NCBI GenBank assembly: GCA_030390025.1
Contig: JASTWF010000350.1
Span: 62,001-126,000, forward strand
Direction of reading: 5' to 3'
DNA: 64,000 nt
Source: Squalus acanthias
Taxonomy: Eukaryota
Part shown: positions 48,057 through 59,695 of the stretch, in pieces
Position numbering within the stretch: the first letter of the stretch is position 1
Layout of the letters: each line of letters opens with the position of its first letter
Translations under genes and position numbers: made by a program
Notes under the pieces: generated by a model
The model's input: only the letters and a program-made list of their open reading frames with translations
Database searches by the model: none
What the model was told of the DNA's origin: nothing

Positions 48057-49122
48057 TAGTCACTGTTGTAATGTAGGAAACGCAGCAGCCAATTTGTGCA
48101 CAGCAAGATCCCACAAACGGCAATGTGATAATGACCAGATGATCTGTTTTACTCATGTTGGTCGAGAGATAAACATTGACCAGGAGAATTCCCTTGCTCC
48201 TCTTTGATTAGTGCCATGGGATCTTTTACACATACATAGAAACATAGAAACATAGAAGATAGGAGCAGGAGTAGGCCATTCGGCCCCTCGAGCCTGCTCC
48301 GCCATTCAAAGAGATCATGGCTGATCATCCAAACTCAGTACCCTGTACCTGCCTTCTCCCCATATCCCTTGATACCTTTAGCTTTAAGAAATATATCTAA
48401 CTCATTCTTGAATATATTTAATGACTTGGCCTCAACTACCTTCTGTGGTAGAGAATTCCACAGGTTCACCACTCTCTGGGTGAAGAAATTCTTCCTCATT
48501 TCTGTCCTAAATGGCTTACCCCTTATCCTTAGATTATGACCCCTGGTTCTGGACTCTCCGACCATCGGGAACATTCTTCCTGCATCTACTTTGTCCAGAC
48601 CTGTCAGAATTTTATATGTTTCGATGAGATCCCCTCTCATTCTTCTATACTCCAGCGAGTATAAGCCCAATCGACCCACTCTCTCCTCATATGTCATTCC
48701 TGCCATCCCAGGTATCAGCCTTGTGAATCTTCGCTGAACTCCTTCCATGGCAAGAACATCCTTCCTCAGATAAGGCGACCAAAACTGCACACAGTACTCA
48801 AGGTGTGGTCTCACCAAGGCCCTGTACAACTGCAGCAGGACATCCCTGTTCCTATACTCAAACCCTTTCGCTATGAAGGCCAACATACCATTTGCCTTCT
48901 TCATCGCCTGCTGCACCTGCATGCTTACCTTCAGCGACTGGTGCACAAGGACACCCAGGTCTCGTTGCACTTCCCCTTTTCCCAATCTATTGCCATTCAT
49001 ACCTGAGAGGGCAGACGGAGCCTAGAAGTGTTAGCCTAGATTATGTGCTCAGGTCTCTGGAGTGGGACTTGAACCCACAACCTTCTGATTCAGAGACGAG
49101 AGTGCTACCACTGAGACACGGC
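48057..49122 (-). mobile_element. SacSINE1-like SINE split by a CR1 insertion (48232-48999)
   Basis: SINE body 48057-48230 and head 49000-49122 are contiguous in the intact copies (ttttac..c|acctgagagggcagac). Confidence 0.75.
48232..48999 (-). mobile_element. CR1 LINE 3' fragment
   Basis: ORF 48335-49000 (221 aa) is ORF2 C-terminus; (TTTCTATG)n tail. Confidence 0.92.
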
Positions 49123-49325
49123 TGATACCATCATAAGGCAGGCAAGGGCAGAATGCCAACCTTGGCCCATTCCAAGATCTGGACGGAGGTGGGCTGTAAG
49201 AATGATGTGAAATTGGGCCGCCAGGGAATGAGAAAGTGTTTCCTTCAGTGGGTATTCTGCTCTGTGAAGAGAGATTCCAAGGTTAAATAAATGTTCTGCA
49301 GGAGTCAATATTTGTTCCCTTTGTG

Positions 49326-50016
49326 TGTTCAAGTCCCACTCCAGAGACTTGAGCACAAAATCTAGACTGACACTCCAGCGCAGTGCTGAGGGAGTGCTGC
49401 ACTGTCGGAGGAGCCATCCTTCAAATGATATGATCAAACTGAGGCTCCCTCTGCCCTCTCAGGTGGACGTAAAAGATCCTATGGCACTATTTCAAAGACC
49501 TCATTGTCTCAGTTGTATCTTGCTATGTCTTTGATGTGGTACCTTCCTGGCTGACTTAATTAACTTTATCACACCTCGGCAGATAGTCAGGATGATTTAA
49601 TTTATTGGTCTGCAATTGTAAAATACACATGCTTTGTTTTCCATCTATATATGCTTTGGAGATTCTGTATCTAATTTACTTCACCTGAGGAAGGAGCAAA
49701 TCGATAGCTCCGAAAGCTTGTGATTTCAAATAAAACTGTTGGACTATAACCTGGTGTTGTGCGACCTCTCAACTATTTCAAAGAGCAGGGGAGTTATCCC
49801 TGATTTTCTGGCCAATATTTATCCTTCAACCAACATAACAAAAACAGATTATCTGGTCATTATCACATTGCTGTTTGTGGGAGCTTGCTGTGCGCATATG
49901 GGCTGCCGCGTTTCCTACATTACAATAACTACTCTTCAAAAGTATTTCGTTGGCTGTACAGTGTTTTGGAACATCTAGTGCTTGTGAAAGATGTTAAATG
50001 CAAGTCTTTCTTTCTT
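49326..50016 (+). mobile_element. SacSINE1-like SINE interrupted by a 273-bp Penelope-type insertion
   Basis: B-box gttcaagtccc, Deu-like body and tail; insertion 49499-49771 with 13-bp TSD ACTATTTCAAAGA. Confidence 0.85.
49681..49723 (+). ncRNA. Minimal type I hammerhead ribozyme
   Basis: Stem I TCAC/GTGA, core CTGAGGA-A, stem II GGAGC/GCTCC, GAAA, palindromic AAGCTT in place of stem III, UH = UU. Confidence 0.75.
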
Positions 50017-50399
50017 TAAGATCTGAAAGCGCTGACGCGGAGCTGAGACTCAACACTCCTGACTCAGGGCATACGCACCGTGATCAATATTGGGATTTGA
50101 GACTTTTAATCAGTGGGCTGTGGGCATTACTGGGGCATTACAGGGTTATTAGTGGTAGCACGTCAGAGAACAGATTTGGTCCTGAAGTAATTTTACTCAC
50201 CAGCTGCCAGATGTTGGGCTGGATGAGAACAACAGCTGGTTCCCGGAATAGATTGAGAGATTGAACGCTTTCCAGGAAGCAGACTAAGACTTTAATCCAA
50301 AATCTGGTTTTGTCACTAGACCAGAGCAAATTCAAATCGTTTTGTACAGCGAAGCACAGACTGCAAATGTACAGACATTTTCAGAGAGAGGGAGCTGTA

Positions 50400-53052
50400 A
50401 GAGAGACTTGGAGTGAAGGAAGAGGGAGTGAGAGGAGAGATTGCGGAAGAGGGAGGAGAGATTGAGGGAAAAGGAGGAGAGATTGAGAGAGAGGAAGAGA
50501 GATTGAGGGAGAGGGAGGAGAGATTGAAAGAAAGGGAGGAGAGATTGAGGGAGAGGGAGGAGAGATTGAGGGAGGGAGGAGAGATTGAGGGAGAGGGAGG
50601 AGAGATTGAGGGAGAGGGAGGACAGACTGAGGGCGAGAGAGGAGAGATTGAGGGAGAGGAAGAGAGATTGTGGGAGAGGGAGGAGAGATTGAGGGAGGGG
50701 GAGGAGGGATTGAAAGAAAGGGAGGAGAGATTGAGGGAGAGGGAGGAGAGATTGAGGGAGAGGGAGAAGAGATTGAGGGAGAGGGAGGAGAGATTGAGAG
50801 AGAGGGAGAAGAGATTGAGGGAGAGGAAGAGAGATTGAGGCAGAGGAAGAGAGATTGAGGGAGAGGGAGGAGAGATTGAGGGACAGGAAGGAGAGATTGA
50901 AAGAGTGGGAGGAGAGATTGAGGGACAGGGAGGAGAGATTGAGGGAAAGGGAGCAGAGATTGAGGGAGCAGGAGGAGAGATTGTTAGAGGGAGGAGAGAT
51001 TGAGGGAGAGGCAGGAGAGATTGAGGGAGAGGAAGAGAGATTGAGGGAGTGAGGAGAGATTGAGGGAGAGGAAGAGAGATTGAGTGAGAGCGAGGAGTGA
51101 TTAAGGGAGAAGGAGGAGAGATTGAGGGAGAGGAATAGAGATTGAGGGAGTGAGGAGAGATTGAGGGAGAGGAAGAGAGATTGAGGGAGTGAGGAGAGAT
51201 TGAGGGAGAGGAAGAGAGATTGAGGGAATGAGGAGAGATTAAGGGAGAAGGAGGAGAGATTGAGGGATAGGGAGGAGAGATTGAGGGAGTGAGGAGAGAT
51301 TGATGGAGAGGGAGGAGAGATTGAGGAAGAGTGAAGGGAGATTGAGAGAGAGGGAGGAGAGATTGAGTGAGAGGAAGAGAGATTGAGGGAGAGGGAGGAG
51401 AGATTGAGGGAGAGGAAGAGAGATTGAGGGAGAGGAAGAGAGATTGAGGGAGGGAGGAGAGATTGAGGGAGTTGGAGGAGAGATTGAAGGAGGGAGGAGA
51501 GATTGAGGGAGGGAGGAGAGATTGAGGGAAAGGGAGCAGAGATTGAGGGAGAGGGAAGAGAGATTGAGGGAGAGGCAGGAGAGATTGAGGGAGAGGGAGG
51601 ATAGATTGAGGGAGAGGGAAGAGAGATTGAGGGAGAGGGAGGAGAGATTGAGGGAGAGGGAGGAGAGATTGAAAGAGAGGGAAGAGAAATTGAGGGAGAG
51701 GGAGGAGTGATTCAGGGAGAGGAACAGAGATTGAGGGAGATGGAGGAGAGATTGAGAGAGAGGGAGGCGAGATTGAGAGAGAGGGAGGAGAGATTGGGAG
51801 GGGGAGGAGAGATTGAGGGAGAGGAAGAGAGATTGAGGGAGTGAGGAGAGATTGAGGGAGAGGCAGAGAGATTGAGGGAGTGAGGAGAGATTGAGGGAGA
51901 GGCAGAGAGATTGAGGGAGTGAGGAGAGATTGATGGAGAGGAAGAGAGATTGAGGGAATGAGGAGAGATTGAGGGAGAGGCAGAGAGATATTGAGGGAGT
52001 GAGGAGAGATTGAGGGAGAGGCAGAGAGATTGAGGGAGTGAGGAGAGATTGAGGGAGAGGAAGAGAGATTGAGGGAATGAGGAGAGATTGAGGGAGAGGC
52101 AGAGAGATTGAGGGAGAGCGAGGAGTGATTAAGGGAGAAGGAGGAGAGATTGAGGGAGAGGAATAGAGATTGAGGGAGTGAGGAGAGATTGAGGGAGAGG
52201 CAGAGAGATTGAGGGAGTGAGGAGAGATTGAGGGAGAGGAAGAGAGATTGAGGGAATGAGGAGAGATTAAGGGAGAAGGAGGAGAGATTGAGGGAGTGAG
52301 GAGAGATTGATGGAGAGGGAGGAGCGATTGAGGGAGAGGGAGGAGAGATTGAGGAAGAGTGAGGGGAGTTTGAGAGAGAGGGAGGAGAGATTGAGTGAGA
52401 GGAAGAGAGATTGAGGGAGAGGGAGGAGAGATTGAGAGAGAGGGAGGAGAGATTGAGGGAGAGGAAGAGAGATTGAGGGAGAGGAAGAGAGATTGAGGGA
52501 GGGAGGAGAGATTGAGGGAGTTGGAGGAGAGATTGAAGGAGGGAGGAGAGATTGAGGGAGGGAGGAGAGATTGAGGGATAGGGAGCAGAGATTGAGGGAG
52601 AGGGAGGAGAGATTGAGGGAGAGGCAGGAGAGATTGAGGGAGAGGGAGGAGAGATTGAGGGAGAGGGAAGAGAGATTGAGGGAGAGGGAGGAGAGATTGA
52701 GGGAGAGGGAGGAGAGATTGAAAGAGAGGGAGGAGAGATTGAGGGACAGGAAGAGTGATTGAGGGAGAGGGAGGAGAGATTGAGGTAGAGGGAGGCGAGA
52801 TTGAGGGAGAGGAAGAGAGATTGAGGGAGAGGGAGGAGAGATTGAGGGAGACGAAGAGAGATTGTGGGAGATGGAGGAGAGATTGAGGGAGAGGGAGGAG
52901 AGATTGATGGAGAGGGAGGAGAGAATGTGGGAGAGGAAGAGAGATTGAGGGAGAGGGAGGAGAGATTGAGGGAAAGGGAAGAGAGACTGAGGGAGAGGGA
53001 GAAGAGATTGAGAGAGAGGGAAGAGAGACTTAGGGAGAGGGAGGAGAGATTG
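50400..53052. repeat. Purine-rich ~21-bp minisatellite (GAGGGAGAGGGAGGAGAGATT and 18/20-bp variants)
   Basis: Direct periodicity; + strand almost devoid of C. Confidence 0.95.
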
Positions 53053-53055
53053 ACT

Positions 53056-55181
53056 AGTCGGGATTTAGGGGGAGTCGGGGATTGAGTGGGATCAGGGATT
53101 GAGGGGAAATCGCGATTGAGGGGAGTCGGGGTTTGAGGGGGAGTCGGGATTGAGGGGAAGTCGGGATTGAGGGGATGTCGGGATTGAGGGGGAGTCGGGG
53201 ATTGAGGGGGAGTCGGGATTGAAGGGGAGTCGGGATTGAGGGGGATTGAGGGGGAGTTGGGATTGAGGGGGAGTCGGGATTGAGGGGGATTGAGGGGGAG
53301 TTGGGATTGAGGGGGAGTCGGGATTGAGGGGGATTGAGGGGGAGTCGGGATTGAGGGGGAGTCGGGATTGAGGGGGATTGAGGGGGAGTTGGGATTGAGG
53401 GGGAGTCGGGATTGAGGGGGATTGAGGGGGAGTTGGGATTGAGGGGGAGTCGGGATGGAGGGGGATTGAGGGGGAGTCGGGATTGAGGGAGAGTCGGGGA
53501 TTGAGGGGGAGTCGGGGATTGAGGGGGAGTCGGGATTGAGGGGGAGTCGGGGATTGAGAGGGAGTCGGGATTGAGGGGGAGTCGGGATTGAGGGGGAGTC
53601 GGGGATTGAGAGGGAGTCGGGGTTTGAGGGGGAGTCGGGATTGAGGGGGAGTCGGGGTTTGAGGGGGAGTCGGGATTGAGGGGAAGTCGGGATTGAGGGG
53701 ATGTCGGGATTGAGGGGGAGTCGGGGATTGAGGGGGAGTCGGGATTGAAGGGGAGTCGGGATTGAGGGGGATTGAGGGGGAGTTGGGATTGAGGGGGAGT
53801 CGGGATTGAGGGGGATTGAGGGGGAGTCGGGATTGAGGGGGATTGAGGGGGAGTCGGGATTGAGGGGGATTGAGGGGGAGTCGGGATTGAGGGAGAGTCG
53901 GGGATTGAGGGGGAGTCGGGATTGAGGGGGAGTCAGGGTTTGAGGGGGAGTCGGGATTGAGGGGGAGTCGGGGTTTGAGGGGGAGTCGGGATTGAGGGGA
54001 AGTCGGGATTGAGGGGATGTCGGGATTGAGGGGGAGTCGGGGATTGAGGGGGAGTCGGGATTGAAGGGGAGTCGGGATTGAGGGGGATTGAGGGGGAGTT
54101 GGGATTGAGGGGGAGTCGGGATTGAGGGGGATTGAGGGGGAGTCGGGATTGAGGGGAATCGGGATTGAGTGGGATTGAGGGGGAGTCGGGATTGAGGGAG
54201 AGTCGGGGATTGAGGGGGAGTCGGGATTGAGGGGGAGTCAGGGTTTGAGGGGGAGTCGGGGATTGAGGGGAGTCGGGATTGAGGGGGATTCGGGATTGAG
54301 GGGGAGTCGGGATTGAGGGGGATTGAGGGGGAGTCGGGATTGAGGGGGATTGAGGGGGAGTCGGGATTGAGGGGGATTGAGGGGGAGTCGGGATTGAGGG
54401 GGATTGAGGGGGAGTCGGGGATTGAGGGGGAGTCGGGATTGAGGGGGAGTCGGGATTGAGGGGGAGTCGGGGATTGAGGGGGAGTCGGGATTGAGGGGGA
54501 GTCGGGATTGAGGGGGAGTCGGGATTGAGGGGGAGTCGGGATTGAGGGGGAGTCGGGATTGAGGGGGAGTCGGGGATTGAGGGGGATTGAGGGGGAGTCG
54601 GGGATTGAGGGGGAGTCGGGATTGAGGGGGAGTCGGGATTGAGGGGGAGTCGGGATTGAGGGGGAGTCGCGATTGAGGGGGAGTCGGGATTGAGGGGGAG
54701 TCGGGATTGAGGGGGAGTCGGGATTGAGGGGGAGTCGGGGATTGAGGGGGATTGAGGGGGAGTCGGGGATTGAGGGGGAGTCGGGGATTGAGGGGGAGTC
54801 GGGATTGAGGGGGAGTCGGGATTGAGGGTGAGTCGGGATTGAGGGGGATTGAGGGGGAGTCGGGGATTGAGGGGGAGTCGGGATTGAGGGGGAGTCGGGA
54901 TTGAGGGGGATTGAGGGGAAGTCGGGGATTGAGGGGGAGTCGGGATTGAAGGGGAGTCGGGATTGAGGGGGAGTCGGGGATTGAGGGGGAGTCGGGATTG
55001 AGGGGGAGTCGGGGATTGAGGGGGAGTCAGGGTTTGAGGGGGAGTCGGGATTGAGGGGGATTGAGGGGGAGTCGGGGATTGAGGGGGAGTCGGGATTGAG
55101 GGGGAGTCGGGATTGAGGGGGAGTCGGGGATTGAGGGGGAGTCGGGATTGAGGGGAAGTCGGGGATTGAGGGGGAGTCGGG
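53056..55181. repeat. G-rich minisatellite of 17/18/10-bp units (GAGGGGGAGTCGGGATT)
   Basis: Direct periodicity; degenerate echo at 55425-55550. Confidence 0.95.
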
Positions 55182-55552
55182 GCACTGCAAGTATATGACA
55201 GCCTGGCCGAGTGCATCAGACGCCCCAAACCTGAAGCACTGTGGAGACAACACTAGTCCCAATTTAAAATACAGATTACACACAAGGAGAGGCAAGAGAG
55301 GCAGGAAAGGTAGGCCAGGTACAGCGCATGGAGAGAGGCAGGAAAGGTAGGGTAGGGAGAGAGACAGATAGTGATCTCACTGAGACACTAGTGTGCACTG
55401 TGCACATAGAAAGAATGAAAAGATCTTGGGGATTGTGGGGGTAGTCGGGGATGGAGGGATAGTCTGGGACTGAGGGGCAGTCGGGGATTGAGGGGCGAGT
55501 CATGGATTGAGCGGGACTCGCGGATTGAGGTGGAGTTGAGGATTAAGGGCAA

Positions 55553-55912
55553 GGCCCACTCCAGTGACTTGAGCATAAAATCTGGACTGACAGTCCCACT
55601 GTAGCACTGAGAGAGTGCTGCACTGACGGAGGTGCCATCTTTTGGATGAGACGTTAAACCGAAGCCCTGTCTGCCCTCTAAGGTGGATGTAAAAGATCCC
55701 AGGGCACTATTGGATGAAGAATAGCGGAGTTCTCCCCCGTGCCCTGCCACTATTTATCCCTCGATCAACATCACAAAAGCAGATTATCACATTGTCATTG
55801 TCACATTGCTGTTTGTGGGATCTTGCTGTGCAAAAATTGGCTGTAACGCGCTTTCGGACATCCTGAGGTTGACGGGCGTTGTGAAAGGTGCTATAAAATC
55901 CCAGGTCTTTCC
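55553..55912 (+). mobile_element. SacSINE1-like SINE, partial
   Basis: cccactccagtgacttgagcat...gatgagacgttaaaccg...gtgggatcttgctgtg...aggtgctataaaat. Confidence 0.8.
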
Positions 55913-56209
55913 CCTTGTGGTGGGTCAACTCCTGTATATTTATCACTTCTCCCACTTTGGGATCGCTTTCTTTCATATTATGGGCTGCCTTCTTGTGCTA
56001 AACAGATGCAGAGTATTTGACACAACAGTCTCAGTCAACCCATCACTGCATGCACCTCCCTAAACTACCAGCTGTGACACTCAGAGGGTTGGCAGGTACA
56101 CTTTAAGTGGCACACTTGTGGCATGACTATGACCATCTATCATCCAGCTGACTGCCAACTGTGCGCAGTAGCTTAAAGGCATCTCTGTACAAGCATACAG
56201 TTCTACTGC

Positions 56210-56568
56210 GAGACAGATTGAGGGGAGATGTAACAGAGGTGTTCAAAATTATGAAGGGTTTTGATGGGAGATCGGTACATAGGGAGAAACTGTTTCCAGT
56301 GGCAGGAGGGTCGGTAACTAGCGGTCACAGATCTAAGGTAACTGGAAGAAGAACCAGAGGGAATCTGGATCTACAATGCGCTGCCTGAAAGGGCGGTGGA
56401 AGCGGATTCAATAACTTTCAAAAGGGAATTGGATAAGTAGTTGAAGGGGAGACAATTGCAGGGCTATGTGAAAAGAGCAGGGGAGTGGGACTAATTGGAC
56501 AGCTCTTTCTAAGAGCCGGCAGTGCAATGATGGCTGAATGACCTCCATCTGTGCTGTATGATTCTACG
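56210..56568 (+). mobile_element. CR1 3' fragment
   Basis: RLRGDVTEVFKIMKGFD...EKLFP plus 3' UTR. Confidence 0.8.
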
Positions 56569-57219
56569 TTGATTGTGCCAAGATAGGAATGTACTAGCCC
56601 CAGGTTGTATGACCTTTACTGGAGTGGGTGATGCACCGACCTTGCCCATTGTGGTCCAATCATTCCATTTTTCTCCTGCTCTGTGTTGTTGATCTTGGGG
56701 TTGTGGAGGTGGCACTAACAGCTTCAGCCAACACCCTCCACCATCTCCTCCCTATGGCCCGAGAAGATCTCTTTCCCTGCATGCCAAACTGCCCTACCTT
56801 TCTTGCCTGTACAGGCTTCCAGTAATGTATTAATCGCCGGTCTGGTGAAACTCGAAGCTCTCTTCCCTGTGGGTTTTTACCCTCTGCCATGATTGCTCAG
56901 CTCCTCTCCAATGCTGGAATTGCTCTCACTTCCCCTTTAAACTGCTACAGGAAAATCTACTCCAGAAAATCTTCCGGGGTTAATGCGTGGGGGGTGGTTG
57001 CACGGCTGCTGCGATGCAGGGATGCATTGGGAAGTGCAGGATTTAATGTCCTGTCTATAAACTGCAGGTGGCACTCTAACTGTGGCCCAACCAATGTGTT
57101 GTATAAATTGATCAGTACTCTAATAGTGTATGACCTTATCTATATGTTGTTGGCCTTTTTGTTATGGCTTTATCTACCAGAGACAAGAGATTAGAAGAAT
57201 GTTTTTCCACTACCGATTA

Positions 57220-57657
57220 AGAAAGAAAGATAGGCTTGCATTTATAGAGCGCCTTTCACGACCACCGGACGTCCCAAAGCACTTCACAGCCAATGAAGTA
57301 CTTTTTTGAAGTGCAGTCACTGTTGTAATGTAGGAAACGCGGCAGCCAATTTGCGCACAGCAAGCTCCCACAAACAGCAATGTGATAATGACCAGATAAT
57401 CTGTTTCAGTGATGTTGATTGAGGGATAAATATTGGCCAGGAAATCGGGGAGAACTCCCCTGCTCTTCTTTGAATAGTGTCATGGGATCCTTTACGTCCA
57501 CCTGAGAGGGCAGATGGGGCCTCGGTTTAACGTCTCATCTGAAAGACGGTGCCTCCGACAGTACAGCGTTCCCTCAACACTGCACTGGGAGTGTCAGTCT
57601 AGATTTCTGTGCTCAAGTCTCTGGAGTGGGACTTGAACCCACAATATTCTGACTCAG
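57220..57657 (-). mobile_element. SacSINE1-like SINE, near full-length
   Basis: Reverse complement of the SINE body with (TTTC)n tail at 57220-57229. Confidence 0.88.
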
Positions 57658-57807
57658 ATTAGTGAATAGAATACAGTCCCAGTAAAAGCAATTGATGTCA
57701 TGCCAATTAATTCCTTCAAAAACACCCCGGAAATATAACTGGTTGGAAATGATAGGTACAGGCTGAGAAGATGATCTACTATACAGGGCATGCTGCTCAA
57801 GGAGCTG

Positions 57808-58258
57808 TGAGCTGTGGCTTAGTGGGTAGCAATCTCATGTCCTAGTTAGAAGATTGTAGGTTTAAATCCCAGCACCTGATCCAGGCTGACACGCCTGGTG
57901 CAGTACTGAGGGAGTCGCTGCACTGTTGGAGGTGCTGTCTTTCAGATGAGACGTTAAACGGGGGCCCTGTCTGCCCCCTCAGGTGGAAGTAAAAGATCCC
58001 ATGGCACTATTTCGAAGAAGAGCAGGGGAGTTATCCTTGGTGCCCTGGTCAATATTTACCCCTCAAACAACATCACTAAAACAGATTATCTGGTCATTAT
58101 CACATTGCTGTTTGTGGGATCTTGCTGTTCTCAAATTGGCTGCTGCTATTCCTACATTACAGCAGCGACCACACTTCAAAAAGTACTTCATTGGCTGTAA
58201 AAGGCTTTGGGACGTCCGGAAAGTCACGATGTAAAGGCAAGTGTTCCTTTCTTTCTTT
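57808..58258 (+). mobile_element. SacSINE1-like SINE, near full-length (tail-to-tail outer ends, heads facing the previous copy)
   Basis: A-box gtggcttagtggg, B-box-like ggtttaaatccc, body and ctttctttc tail. Confidence 0.85.
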
Positions 58259-58647
58259 TGAAAGCCTGGGACATTGGCAAATATTGATAAGTCCGTGGTG
58301 ATAATGGAAACCCAAGAGGCTTCTAACTCGGAATCTTTTTTCCACAAACTGAGAAAGGCCCATCACTTCAGATCGCAGTACTTTTCCAACCTTGGAATGT
58401 GTCAATGCCAACAATGTGAGGCAATGATCCCTTTGTGGACACACAGGCTTGACATCCAGAGCAGTGGGATCAATGTTGAACTTGTGAGATTAAACAGTGG
58501 GCCATCAAGGAGGTAATGACGTCCCAATGACGTTTGTATTGATTAGTTGCTGCAGCCAAGATTTTGAAATATACTCAGAATAATTTATTCAATCAATGTA
58601 GATCATGAATTGACATCCCATAGATATTCTGTTTCACCAGATACAAT

Positions 58648-59391
58648 GGGCCGAAAATTCATCCCGCGACGCGAGAGTACGCACTGCGTACTCTCGCGTA
58701 TTCTCTCTCCAATTGCCGGTTTTCTGCATGCCCTGCACATGCGCTGAAAACCGGCAATTGCTCTTTTGAAAAGGGGGCGGGTCCTGGGTGCATCGCGTGC
58801 GCGCTACAGGCTGCGCGCACGCTGTGCACTTCATGCTTTGGACGCGCAGGTAAGTAGGGAAGATTTTGGAAATGTAAAAAGGAGGAGTAAGACCCGCTTT
58901 TAAGAAGGTAAGTAGTGAATTAAGTATTTTTTTGAATTTTTTTTTGCAGGTATATCTTTTTTAGAGACTTTAAAGACAGGTAAGTTTATTTTTATAACTT
59001 TTTAAAAGATTTTAAATTTTTTCAAAAATTTAATTTTTTATTTAAAATGGTTAATTTAATTAACTATACTTATTTTATTAATGTGATGGTTTTTTTTTTT
59101 AATTTAATTGAGGTTTAGCTGTTATTTTGGGGGGGTGTAAGATTCATAGATTTCACAGCCATGCTGTGAGACTGATGAATGGAAGATGGTGTGCTGCCAT
59201 TGGCTCTAACTGAGTCACGTGATCCCACAGCTCGCACGAATTCACTACGCCGCTGGGATACGCAAGCCCAGCACAGCTGATGTCTGGAACATCAAGTTCG
59301 TGCGAGCTGGATCTGAAAAAGCACAAGCGAGGTGAGACATCGAGGGGAAGGCTTACCCCCGCGGGAACAGAGCGAGATCAATTTCTGGGCC
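58648..59391 (+). mobile_element. MITE, second copy of 22076-22818
   Basis: Near-identical along its length; same TIRs; flanks AAT/ATT. Confidence 0.9.
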
Positions 59392-59695
59392 ATTATAAAG
59401 GTTATGGTAGTCGTGTGATCAAATTGCGCATACCTTATGAACTCTGAACTTGTTCGGACGAACTCCATCATTTGCTATTTCAATGGAGGTGTTAATTCAA
59501 ACAAATGGATTAACACTTCTGTTAAATAGTGGGCAAGGTCATTGTCATATTGATACGTTAACATTCAGATGATAATAACATACACTGCGATCGCACTCTA
59601 ACTCTCGACAACTTGATGAAATATGAAGATCATTGACGTTATTCAAAAAGAAGTAGACTGAACACTTCACAGATGGGATTGAGGTCAATGGATTT

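Noticed and set aside
50316..55295. 1659-aa Pro/Ser-rich ORF and overlapping Glu/Arg-rich ORFs
   Set aside because: Translation of G-rich minisatellites; the C/T-rich strand lacks stops by composition and unit lengths are not consistently multiples of 3
58262..59690. Unique sequence flanking the MITE as a possible decayed coding region (80-aa ORF 58274-58516)
   Set aside because: Multiple stops in all frames and no motif I can support; needs tBLASTx
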